DNA of 64,000 nucleotides from Eledone cirrhosa (Eukaryota): NCBI GenBank assembly GCA_964016885.1, contig OZ024741.1, positions 296,918,001 to 296,982,000 of the forward strand, read 5' to 3'. Shown piece by piece: positions 12,290 to 23,601 of this stretch (position 1 is its first letter; each line of letters starts with the position of its first letter). The notes under the pieces were generated by a model. It saw only the letters and a program-made list of their open reading frames with translations, ran no database searches and was not told where the DNA came from. The position numbers and the translations under genes were made by a program.

Positions 12290-12473
12290 GTGCCATCCAG
12301 TCCCACACTGTAAATGTGGTTTGTGTCAGGAAAGGCATCCAGCTGTAAAAATCCCAGCCCAAATTACAGTTCCATCTGAACAAGTTACAGCGTGGCTAAT
12401 TTGGCCAGACATGTCTCATGATGTGGACAAACCATCTAATCATGGAAAATGGACATAAAATGGTGATGATGAT
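12290..12473 (+). mobile_element. Degenerate RTE/SINE 3'-end fragment
   Basis: cccacactgtaaatgtggtt...ggcatccagctgtaaaa and a (GAT)n tail, as in the RTE copies. Confidence 0.6.
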
Positions 12474-12690
12474 GATAATATATATATATATATAGTGTAT
12501 ATATCTAAAAATAATTTTTTTAAAAGAATCCCTGTTCTTTAAAATCCCTTGGCCAAAAACCTTCACTCATTCCCAAAATCACCTTCCCAAAACACCAGAA
12601 ACTATACAAGTACAACAGTTTTACAAGGATGATTTCTTTTTAATGAAGCAGTTCTAGTTCTGTAGAAGCCATTTCTATATATATAAAACA

Positions 12691-12749
<59 letters not shown>

Positions 12750-12834
12750 AAAGGTAAACAGAAATAACAACAAAAACGGTACATTAAATGGAAGGAATAG
12801 ATTAGTTTAATGCTTGAAATAGCAGCAAGAGAGT

Positions 12835-12868
12835 CTTAGCGTTTCGGACGCTAGTCCTTCATCAGAAG
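12835..12868 (-). ncRNA. Minimal type I hammerhead-ribozyme-like motif (pLTR relic)
   Basis: Minus strand reads ctt-CTGATGA-a-ggac-tagc-gtcc-GAAAC-gct-aag. Confidence 0.6.
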
Positions 12869-13091
12869 AAAGAAGGAGAAATTAGAAAGATTGAAGGGAC
12901 GAGCAGGGTAGAATTAGAAAAAAATTTTAGAAAAAATAACAGGTATACTTTTTTAGATGTATATATATATTCAAAATAGGGTGCACACAGGACAAAAACA
13001 ATGGAAAAAAGTAGCACTCTCTTTCTATCTAAATATCTCACTATCTATCTATCTAACTATGTGTTTCATTTGTTCTTGTTTTTTTTTAGAT

Positions 13092-13188
13092 ATGAAGGTC
13101 GTACTTTTGTTTTTAGTTTTGGTTCCACTCGTGTTTGCTGCTAATGTTTACAGCAATCCTGAAGAGCAGGTGGAGAAAAGACTTTCAG
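13092..13188 (+). CDS. Coding exon 1 of a small secreted peptide precursor (signal peptide, propeptide, KR)
   Basis: Long polypyrimidine tract and AG at 13088-13089; ATG at 13092; MKVVLLFLVLVPLVFA-ANVYSNPEEQVEKR-LS; phase-1 donor CAG|GTGAGA at 13189. Confidence 0.8.
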
Positions 13189-13216
13189 GTGAGACATTAC
13201 AAAAACTTATTACAAA

Positions 13217-13542
13217 TGTGTGTGTGTGTGTGTTGGCTCTCTGCATGTGTATGCATGTTGAGCATCTGTGGGTATGTGTGTATTGAACCACTATGTGTGT
13301 ATGTATGTTGGAACTCTGTGTATGTCTGTCTGTATGTGTGTGTGTGTGTAGTGAACCCCTGTGTGTGCATGTGTGTATGTATATTGGAACTCTGTGTGAC
13401 TCTGTTTGTATGTGTGTGTATTGAACCTCTGTGTGTGCACCTGTGTGTGTGTGTGTATGCTGGAACTCTGTGTGTGTGTCAGTATATGTGTGTGTATCAG
13501 ACCTCTGTGTGTGTATGTGTGTTGACCTTCTATGTTTGTGTG
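13217..13542. repeat. Degenerate (TG)n-based minisatellite (gtgtgttgaacctctgtg-like units), intronic
   Basis: Repeated gaac(c/t)ctgtg cores separated by TG runs. Confidence 0.7.
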
Positions 13543-13968
13543 TCAAATCTCCATTAGTTTTGACGATGAGTGATCCAATTGTTTGATCAGTAGAGCAGCC
13601 TGCTCTTGAAATTAATGTGCGAGTCTCTCAACATTCTACAAACATGTGTACTTTATACATAATTTTCAGTGTGTTACAAAGCTGGCCCTTTTGACAGCTG
13701 AGTGGACTGGACCAATGTGAGATAATGTGTCTTGTTAAAGGACACAACTCACCATTGCGGAATCAAAATCATGACCTAACTCATCCTCATTATGACAGGT
13801 CATAACACCATAAAACCCTTTCCACCACTTTAGATATTTCTATAATGCTGCTATGCAGTAAAGATGTTTAGCGATTTATTTATTGATTACAGGAAATTAT
13901 TATATATTTTATTTATTTATACATATTTGTATAAAACTGCGATTCTTTAAGTTTCAGTAATGTCTCTC

Positions 13969-14184
13969 TTAACCCTTTAGCATTTACATTACACTATATA
14001 TACTATTGTATTTTTGGGGTAAAGATTTTACCTCACATAATATCGAATCTGTAAGATTTTGATATTATTTATTTTGAAAAAAATACCTTAACATAAGTAT
14101 GAGTGGCCGGTTATGGCCGGTTTGAACAGAAAGAGGTGAGAGAATTCTGGCCGGATACAGCTGGTTTAAATGCTTAAGGGTTAA
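13969..14184. mobile_element. piggyBac-like MITE (same family as 4135-4363, inverted)
   Basis: TTAA-ccctttagcatt ... aatgcttaaggg-TTAA. Confidence 0.7.
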
Positions 14185-14679
14185 GTCTGAGCCATAGATG
14201 GCTGTCTAGCTGTCCTTAATGATAGTGCAAGCCCTGTCTATGATTAAACGTATTCAAATCCTGACTACTTCACTTTTTTCTCAGATGATGTGCACTTACT
14301 ACCATATTACCCAGTTTTGTGTTCTTTCCTAATGTATGATATAGAAAGGATTTGGCATCAATTTCTAGCAGGTAGAGCAAGCCTGTAAGTAGTGAATTGT
14401 GAGAGAAACAATAGAGGGTCATATTAAATGTTTAACCTTATTCAGTTTTAACCTTCCATGTTCCACAGGTGAATCCCAGTGGAGAGGATGGTTAGGTTTC
14501 ACTTTTTTGATAAAACTGGATTCTCTAAAAGTCAGTACCAGTAATACACTGTAACCTATTTAGAAAACAAAATTTACTTATTTTCCTCACTAAGAAACGG
14601 AATATTATTGCAATGACTGCCTCCATCAATACAACCAACCAGAGAGGCTACTACGGATAATGATGTCAATAATAATAAT

Positions 14680-15095
14680 TGTTTCTACGTTAGGCACAAG
14701 GCCAGCAATTACCCAGTGTATTACTGGTACTAATAACGGTTTCTAATCTAGGCACAAGGCCAGCAATGTTTTAGAGAGGTGGAAAGCCAATTAAATCGAC
14801 CCCAGTATGTTACTGGTACTTTATTTTATCAACACTGAAAGGAGAAAAGCAAAGTTAAAATTCGAAGGAATTCGAAGTCAAAACACGGAGTTGGAATGCC
14901 ACAAAACATTTTGGTGATCTCATCATTCTACTAATCCATCACCCTTAGGAGAAACTACCTTAGTTCATGACTGGTATTTTATTTGATTGACCCCAGAAGA
15001 ATGAAAAGCAAAGTCAATCTTGGAGGGATTTGAAATCAGAATGTAAAGAGCAAAAACAAATACTGCAAGGGAATTGTACCTGATGATCTAATAAC
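14680..15095 (-). mobile_element. Cluster of degenerate SINE copies
   Basis: Reverse complement of the gcctttcatcc..gtcgataaaataaagtaccagta core seen at about 33210 and 58325. Confidence 0.6.
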
Positions 15096-15099
15096 TTTG

Positions 15100-15481
15100 C
15101 CAATCCATGGCAATAATAGTAAAAAGGCTGAACACAACAGACCTGATATTGTAGTTATGTACAGAAATAGGAATGAATGTCAGGTTACTGATGTTACTAT
15201 CCTAAGAAACCAAAATATAGCCTTAAAAGAAATTGTAAACATACTGACTTGGAGATGGAAATTGCATGAATGTGATTAATACCACCTAAGGGCATCAAGA
15301 TAATTCCAGTTATTATAAGAGATTTGGGTTTGATGCCACTAAAACTGGGAGTGTAAGCAAACAAACTTCAAATCACAAATTTCTTTCCTAGTAAGCTACT
15401 GTCTGTCTAAGATCCTTGTTGAGACTTGATGGGCTGTAGAAGATCCAGTAATCATCATAGTTACTGTGCAAACAATAATAA
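15100..15481 (+). pseudogene. Degenerate 3' end of an RLE-type (R4/Dong-like) LINE
   Basis: HNRPDIVV...VTDV resembles the RLE motif HNRPDLVV..IVDV of the 46-49 kb element; short (TAA) end. Confidence 0.6.
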
Positions 15482-15853
15482 TATTGTCCTTCATCATAAC
15501 CCACATGTTATATTGCACCATGTATCATGGTTTCATTAGTCTAAGAACATGCATATGATGAACAACTCAGCCTGTTTTCTTACATGATTCTCATTTTTAA
15601 AAACAAAGCATTCAGTTTCATAAGCCCTATAGCTACCTCCAGTTGTTACTTTTAGAGGATAGGAGGGCTGGTCCCTCTGTTTTGTAGAGATATAAAAATA
15701 TGTAGTCTTCTGTCATAGATAAAAATATGCATGAATCAAGTACTGAGGTTGGTTGATATAATCAACTATTTTCTCCCCCTCCCTTTTTGTGACCTTTTTG
15801 TGTGAATACTAGAAGTCTTTGTTATTTAATATATGTTCTAATTTATCTGACAG

Positions 15854-15968
15854 TATTTGACATAATCAAACACATCAAAGATCTGGATTTGGGTGATAAT
15901 TGTGTACAAGCTTGTGAAGATAACGTTCAAAAGTTCTGGACTTTCTTGTGCAGTGCAGCATGTAAAAT
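15854..15968 (+). CDS. Coding exon 2 of the secreted peptide (Cys-rich mature region); either splices onward or reads ATG-TAA (stop 15970-15972)
   Basis: Branch-like CTAAT, acceptor tctgacAG, phase 1 matching exon 1. Reads (V)FDIIKHIKDLDLGDNCVQACEDNVQKFWTFLCSAACK; consensus donor AT|GTAAGT at 15969. Confidence 0.72.
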
Positions 15969-17015
15969 GTAAGTCACTACGCTCTTTCATACATATACAC
16001 TGCACAACAAACACATATAGTTTGGTACCAGTGTTGAATTTAGATTTGCTGAGTCCCTGAGCTATACAAATTTTAGAAGCTCATTGTTAAAAAATTATAC
16101 CAGGTTTCACAAAAATTGAAAACATTTTTTAGGCCCCTGCAGATTAGCTAAAGACATAATTAAAGTGTCAGATTAAATGCAGGCTTAGTAATTTTCTTAG
16201 TATAGTCAGAAGAAAAGGTGTCAAAAACTAGGTTTGTTAGCTTACAAAACTATAAGTTGAAATTATTTTATTTGGGAGAATGGGGTATATAATCAGAAGT
16301 GGAGATATAACATATAGAAAGGGGCACTCATTGTAGAGCTAGCTTACTGTGCTAAATACTGAGGCAGTAGTTCTATTGGAGCACCATTAATAGTAAGGTT
16401 ATTGAGTCTAACATATAAAAGGAAGTCCAATATACTCACAAAAAAAACTAATGTGATGTAAATTGATAAGGGCTTAATATATCTGGTATACTTGGTATAA
16501 TGTGGTGTAAGTTAATAAGCATATAATGTATCTGGTGAATCCGGAAGAATTTTCATTTCATTTCATAAAGTATCTTAGATATAAATGTAATTGTCATAAA
16601 GAACAATGTTTAGATAAAACTTAAGAATTACAATTTAACCCTTTTGATACTAGCCCAAGGCTTCTCCTTGTTTTATTATATAAAACTTTTTATTCTAAAA
16701 TCTCTATATTTAAATTGAAATTATCCAAAATAATTTTATGAAAGACTCTTTTGTTGATAAATGCTTTAAAAACCAAATTAATAATAAAAATGTTAGTTTA
16801 TTGTATTACTGTATATACTCGAATATAAACCAAGGAATATGTGATGAAAAAATCGAAAATGGTAGGGTAGACTTATGTTTGGGGTCAATATTTTGACAAT
16901 TTTCACCAACTTCAAATTCTACATAAATAAGGTGCTAAAATATCTGGAGGGATTATTTCACAATAAAACACTGTTTTTCTACATTTACTATATCGTTGTG
17001 AGTTTTATATATGCA

Positions 17016-18001
17016 CTATCAGTAAAGCCCGGCGTTGCTCGGGGTCGCTCAGTAGCTGTGTTAAAGTTACAATGTTAAGTTTCTTTTTTGGCTTAAAAAC
17101 TGTAGTGTCTACTGTGCAGACTTGCATGTGGTGTTTTTGATTAATATTCCCTCAACCAACAATATGCCTTATGAAGTTAAGAAAACATAACGATAACCCG
17201 AATGTTATAACAAAAGAGGATGCTGGGGATAAAAACTGCACTGGTTATTTATTAACAAAGATCGAAAATGTAAACACTGCAACGCAGAGAAAAACATTAG
17301 CGTAACCAAATTATCAGTTATGTCTGTCTGCACGCCTATATCACCTCTCTGCACGACTGTCTGTCTGCACGCCTATATCACCTCTCTGCACGACTATCTG
17401 TCTGCACGCCTATATCACCTCTCTGCACGACTGTCTGTCTGCACGCGTATATCACCTCTCTGCACGACTATCTGTCTGCACGCCTAACGAAATTTACAGA
17501 TACATATATTTTAAATAAACTTATATAATTTTTGCTTTTTTTTACGAAATATTTGCTTGTTTTACGTAGTCTTTAAATAGACTTGTTTTCAAGTAAAAAT
17601 ATTGTTTTAAAATGCTTTTAAATGGAAATGAAGCAAAACGGAAGCTTAGTGTTCGAACTGATGAATTTTGCAGGTCAATATTTTGCTGGCTCGACAACTG
17701 TTCGTGTATTGTGTTAATGTCATTTTAAACGCTGAGAAAGCCAGCGTAATTTTTTACGTAAGACGCTCAATGTAAACAGAACAAAGGGAAATAACTGATA
17801 ACTTACGCTCAAAAATCGATACATTATATTCGATTTCGTCACATAGGGTGGGTCAATTTGAAATATTTTTTTTCCGATGTCTTCGCTAGGGCTCAATGTA
17901 CAAGTATAGCAATTTCGGTGCAATTCCGTGAGAGATTCTAAGAGGAGATGTGTGCCAAAAATCGATAGACAGACAGACAACCACAGTTTTATATATATAG
18001 A
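17016..18001 (-). mobile_element. Non-autonomous Helitron-like element, family B, with internal ~37-bp minisatellite
   Basis: Near-identical to 44839-45789; cccggcgttgctcggg hairpin; minus strand starts (a)TCtatatata; tandem tctgtctgcacgcctatatcacctctctgcacgac units. Confidence 0.78.
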
Positions 18002-19232
18002 TTACCTTGAGAACATTTCTACAAAGTTTTATTATTTGAACTATTTAATACTTAAATATTCCGTACACATACATGCACACACTTTATTATTTAGAAAATT
18101 AATTGCAATGTATAGACATAATATTTTATTAGAAATATGGTCACCTTACCAAGGTGTCAGGTGATGCCCATGAGGGTGCCTGGTTGTTTCAGTGCCTCAC
18201 CATTATTCACAGTAATGCCTCAATTGTCGCACTTGGTGGTAAATTGATGGTTGTTTTTGTTTTTGTTTTGTTTTTTTTCTCTTGCTTTAACCATATATCT
18301 TTGTGCATTATATTTGTGAGGTTCCTAGCAATAATTAATGTTCAGGAATCAGACAATAACTCCTTTAATTTTTTTTCCAGTATTTTGGACACTGCCGGAA
18401 ACTAATCTCAGAAATTCCAACACACAATTTGGATTATGATTATGTCTGAAATTTGATGAAATAAATTGTATCAGTAAAAAAATAAACAAAAAAATTGTGT
18501 ATTTTTTTTATTCATTAATATATTTATTTATTTTCTGTTTTAAACTTTTTGATACCATACCAACAGAAACTGCTGTTGGTTTTACAATGTGTTTTATACT
18601 TATCTAAAATCTTCCCATCATAACTTTAGTTATGTTCTAAACGTCAGCTTAACCCATTGGTTCAACAATACAAAACTGTTTATTTTAAAATGTTTATATT
18701 TATATCTAAAAACCTTACATCAGAATTTAAAAACGCTGTAAATTGTAAATGTGAGATGCTTGAATGATTATCCTTCATGTGCCTTCACATAATACATATA
18801 ATATATCTGGTATATAATGTACAGTATATCTAGTATATAATATATAGTATATATAGTGTATGATATATATAATATATCTAGTATGTAATATATAATGTAT
18901 ATAATATATAGTATACTAGTGCCAACATGCTATCTTAGAGTTTTTTAAATATAGAGATTATTTAGTATATATTTTTCTTTGAGATTAAGAGAGCAGATTA
19001 TAAAATAGATCCAACAAAGGGGATTAATGACAGAGAAAGGTGAGAATCACTCATGGATTTGGCATTACTTGGAAATATTTATGGTTGTTGTAGTTTTTGA
19101 ACCCTATGTCAGCCATAATTCAGCATATTTAAGATGGTAGTCTTCTGGCTATTACTATCCATCTTTATATATATCAGGGACTATATATTCTAATGTATCC
19201 TTCCTTTTCGAAAATGTTTTAAAAAATATATA

Positions 19233-20680
19233 TCATCATCATCATCATCATCATCGTCGTTTTAACATATGCTTTCCTTGCTAGCAAAAGTTGGACGAGT
19301 CCATACAGACCAAGTCGGTACTGAAGCAGCGCCACAGATCTCCCAGGCAAGCTAGGGATCTGTGTCTTGCTTATGTACAGTCTCACATTCCATCGAGTGT
19401 TCAGGAGAAGTTGTCATGCCTTTGATACAACTGAGGGTCCTCCCAACTCTTTATTTGGCAAGATTGCTATGGCGGGAAGCCATTCCTATCACCAACCACT
19501 TTACAGAGTGTACTGGGTGCGTTTATTATGTATATCACCATACTAGGGAGGTTGTCATGTCCTTGACATGACAGAAGGGTCTTTGTGACCCTTTGTTTGT
19601 TCTGTGGCTAGAAGCCCTTCCTATCACCAACCACTTCAAAGGGAGAGGGGGTTGAAGTTATGAAGTTGAGAATAACTGTTAAGGAGTGCTAGTGGAAGAT
19701 GGGAAGGGAGGTCAGGTCACATTGTATGCTGCAGGTCTGGTCAACATCAGCTCTTCATAGCATCAACCATCGCAGTCTTTAGTCATTTCCATTGTAAGGT
19801 TTAGCTTTTTATGGTCAGTCTTTACAACCTCATCCCATGTCTTCCTGGGTCTGCATCTTCCATGGGTCCCAGCCACTGGGGTTTTTCTACATTTTTGCAT
19901 TTCTTTATGCAGCTGCTACCTTCTATGTGCATCATATATCCATAACAACACAGTCTTCTCTCTTGCACACCACAACCAATTCCTCTTATGCCAAGTTTTT
20001 CCCTCAGTTTGCTTATGCTATGTCGCTAATGCACACTAACATTGCACATCCATCTGAGCATGCTAACTCATTTCTTTGAAGCAATAGAAAGAGGAAACTG
20101 CAGAAGCATCACATTGTTTGATCAGATTATGAAGGTTAAAGAAAAAGTGATAGTATGATTGATTTGGAACAGAATTAATCTTGGTAAGATGCAGTTCAGC
20201 TTTGTATTGGTGAGAAGTACTATTTATCTCATTCTCCTAGTAAAATGAAACAACTGCAGGAAAATTACTTACCTATGCATTCATCAACTTGTGAAAAGCT
20301 TTTGACAGAGTTCCACCAACTTTAATCTGACTGGAGCTAAGAAAATTAGGTGTAGATGAAAGCTATGTGCTTAGGCATAGTTAACTGGTTGAAATTATGC
20401 AATGTGTACTACGACAGATTTAATGTGCAGGTAAGGCCCCCAGAGCTCAGTTCTCAGCTTCCTTCTGTTTATTATTGTCCTGCAGGCCTACAAAATACCT
20501 TTAAGGTCCATGGGAATTCTTGTAAGCAGAATCTGAAGGAAAATTAGAAAAAAAATTCCTGATGTGATAGCGAAACCGTGAATTGAAGAGCATCAAAATA
20601 AACCTAGCAAATATTTAGTTTTAGTAAGCAGGAAACTGGACTTGCCACTATTAGAGAAATAGCTATGCTTGCTTATGGCT
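19233..20680. mobile_element. Highly degenerate RTE LINE fragments in both orientations
   Basis: (CAT)n tail and 3' UTR on minus (19233-20080); decayed RT-like sequence on plus (gatgcagttcagctttgt, aaagcttttgacagagttcc). Confidence 0.6.
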
Positions 20681-21000
20681 GGATGCCACAACTTACAGCT
20701 ACAGTGATTCTAGTTTCAACTGCCAATATAAGTAGCATATCTTTTGACAGTTTATCAGTCAGTCACATATCAATAGATGAATTTGCATTCAACAAAGATT
20801 TGTAGTTGATAATAAATACAAACTATATCATCACTTGTGCCAATTAACTACACATTATGCTATTTTTTAATTTATACTTTATTCATTAATGTTGCTTAAT
20901 CACAATCTAGCAATAATAAATAATGATAACTTTAAACACAGCTTTATACCATTTTCTGTTGTGATAGCAACATTTTATTACTCTGACAAATATTATAGTA

Positions 21001-21565
21001 CTAGCAGTGGTACCCGGCGTTGCACGGGATAAGGTATTTTGGAACGCGAGCCGCCAACAGACCTAATTGTGGAAAAACTGCATGCCTGGACAATATGTAA
21101 AGAAAATAAACCGAATACTCTGATGGCTGGATAATCTTTAAGATTTTCCTCGATGAAGCAGAAAAAATGCAGGTTTTCACCTAATGCGGGCCCTAGGGGA
21201 TCAAGAAAATAATTTTTTTTTATGTGCACAATATGCCTTGAAATTTCGGGAAAATCGGCTAGACGTAACGCCTCCAAAAAGCCCTAAAATGCTGAAAAAA
21301 TGAAGTTTTTCACCTAATGCGGGCCCTAGGCCATAAAAAAGTTGGATTTTCTTTGTTCACTGTATGAAGAAGAGACTAACTAATACATAGTTACAATTTC
21401 AAGGAAATCGGTCTGACGTAACGCCTCAAAAAACCCCTAAAAAGCTGAAAAAACACAGTTTTTCGCCTAATGCAGGCCCTAGGGGATCAAAAAGTTGAAT
21501 TTGATGTGCATAAAAAAATCGGTTGGGTACTTCTTGAGTTTTAGGGATTCAAACTCACAGAAACA

Positions 21566-21650
<85 letters not shown>
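21001..21650 (-). mobile_element. Non-autonomous Helitron-like element, family A
   Basis: Minus strand ends cccgtgcaacgccggg-taccactg-CTAG|t, the canonical Helitron hairpin plus CTRR. Homologous to 11061-11958. Confidence 0.75.
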
Positions 21651-21651
<1 letters not shown>

Positions 21652-21924
21652 AATTTTTACCAATAGTCGGTTTCTAACATAGATACAAGACTATTTCATT
21701 TGAATTTGAACATCAACTCGGTAGATATGTAAGCATGTCTGGATGTTATTGAATGTGTGGATGTGTATATTGAGTTAATTTTACGCTAATTAAATTTTAT
21801 ATATTCAAATGAAGTTCAGATATTAAAAAAATCAGCTTAAAAAGAATCTATTATATTAAATAAACAAAAAATAAAACATAAACATTTGAATAAAAAAAAT
21901 ATAAAGTAAATTAATTTTCTTTTA

Positions 21925-22530
21925 GAACTTTCAAGTATATCATATCTCGCATCATTGTTGTCAACAAATAATTTAGCAACTTCAAATTTTTCGTGAGCCT
22001 TTTTCCAGTTTTTGAAGCCTCTTAAAATGAAAGCATTATCAGAACAAGTTTATTAGATTGTTTTGATGTGCATATGAACAAGTGTAACAATCAACTCCTT
22101 TCAATCTAGCATCATAATGCAGCCAATTAAAAGCCTGGAACCATTCTGATTGAAACTTCAGTGTCTTGTATGGCAGTTTTTGAACAGGTATTACAGTCAC
22201 ATCTGGGTGATAAGGTTGCGTCAGTATAAGGCAGCTGTCATAACGTTCAGCAGGTTCAATTACGGTGGAAGTTGAGGGAGATACAGTATCTTGGCTGGAT
22301 TTTTTTTAGCACTTTTTTTGGAGCTTTCCTGAGAAAGAACATTATTATTTACATGATCAATTGGTATAGGGAAGCTTTCATTACGTTCAGCAGATTCATA
22401 AGAAATGATGGAAGTTGAGGGAGACACAAGATCTTGGTTTGATTTTTCTGTATTCCTTGTTTTGGAGCTTTCCTGAGAAAGAACAGTATCATTTTTACGA
22501 CTGCGTTTAAAATATCCATGAATGTCCATT
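21925..22530 (-). pseudogene. hAT-type (ZMYM1/TTF zinc-finger-like) transposase N-terminal relic
   Basis: Minus frames give FQSEWFQAFNWLHYD and AFILRGFKNWKKAHEKF, typical of TTF-type Zn fingers; interrupted by stops. Confidence 0.6.
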
Positions 22531-22716
22531 TCAAAAGAAGTTATGTTAGAATCTTTAAAAGAACCTTTAAAAAATACTCGTACGAATTAAATACAAAAAA
22601 ATTTCAGTCCAAAACAAAAGCAAACTAATTCAAATTATATGTTTCTGAAAAATAGACGTGAATGTTCTCAAAGACTTGATCTCAGTCGACTTCCGCGTTC
22701 TCAGATTGACTTTGTT

Positions 22717-22875
22717 AGTTTCAGAAGATCCCGTTAAGGGTGAAAGCAGCGATTCTTTGCTTAAACTTTAATCTGTTATTTTAATAAATATTTGCTCTAC
22801 GGTTCTTATATATTTGATATATATTTATCCTTATCGAGCCCTCTTTGGATTTTAGTCTTCTAATTTATTATTATT
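22717..22875 (+). mobile_element. Solo pLTR fragment of the Penelope-like family at 62.3-64 kb
   Basis: 22746-22860 is the reverse complement of about 63884-63998. Degenerate hammerhead cagaaga-t-ccc-gttaa-ggg-t-GAAA at its start. Confidence 0.7.
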
Positions 22876-22877
22876 AC

Positions 22878-23036
<159 letters not shown>

Positions 23037-23601
23037 GATAGAAAGAGGGTGAAACAGAGAGAGTAAGAAATGTGTGTGTGTTTGATACACTAGTGATTGG
23101 GCCTTCTCTGTATATAAACCTGTAAGTTGAAGAAGAGAGCAAAAGGAAGAAAGGAGCACTTGCACAACACGCTCCTGAAGTTGAGGGTTCTATCGACGGG
23201 GTATTAAACAACCCATTTGTGGCGCCTCCCTTCTATTGGGATTTCGATTGTTATAATTGTTTGTTTTATATTTTTTACATGATTGTATGTAAAATCCCCG
23301 GCATGTCTTTGTTTTGTCCCCTTTTCTTGTTGCGCCCTTGTGGCTAATAAAGAAATCTATCTATCTATCTATCTCTCTACCAGACGTGTGTAACTTCGCG
23401 GAGAAGTTTCCGTTATTTTATGTAAGAAAAGCAACGTGAGTTTTCAGTTAAATTTTATATTATTGTGTAACTTGACCCCCCGTCTGGACCTTCAGGTGGT
23501 GGGTCAACTCATTTTCGCCCCTACAGGGGCGAAATATTCGTTTGAAAAATTTTTTCTCCATCGAATTTTGGAAAAAATATCGTAAGAAGTTTGATTACGT
23601 T

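Noticed and set aside
12957-13286. 109-aa ORF from the track taken as a single-exon protein
   Set aside because: Only 13092-13188 looks coding; the rest is intronic polypyrimidine and TG repeat.
14469-14495. Possible 27-nt phase-1 micro-exon (GESQWRGWL) between the two peptide exons
   Set aside because: The acceptor is plausible, but the in-phase donor (GTTTCA) is weak and the better donor at 14491 breaks the frame. It is not needed for the gene model.
20751-20816. Candidate last exon of the peptide gene (ttttgacAG, reading ILSVSHISIDEFAFNKDL*, then AATAAA)
   Set aside because: Phase-compatible, but it lies among degenerate repeats and has no independent support.
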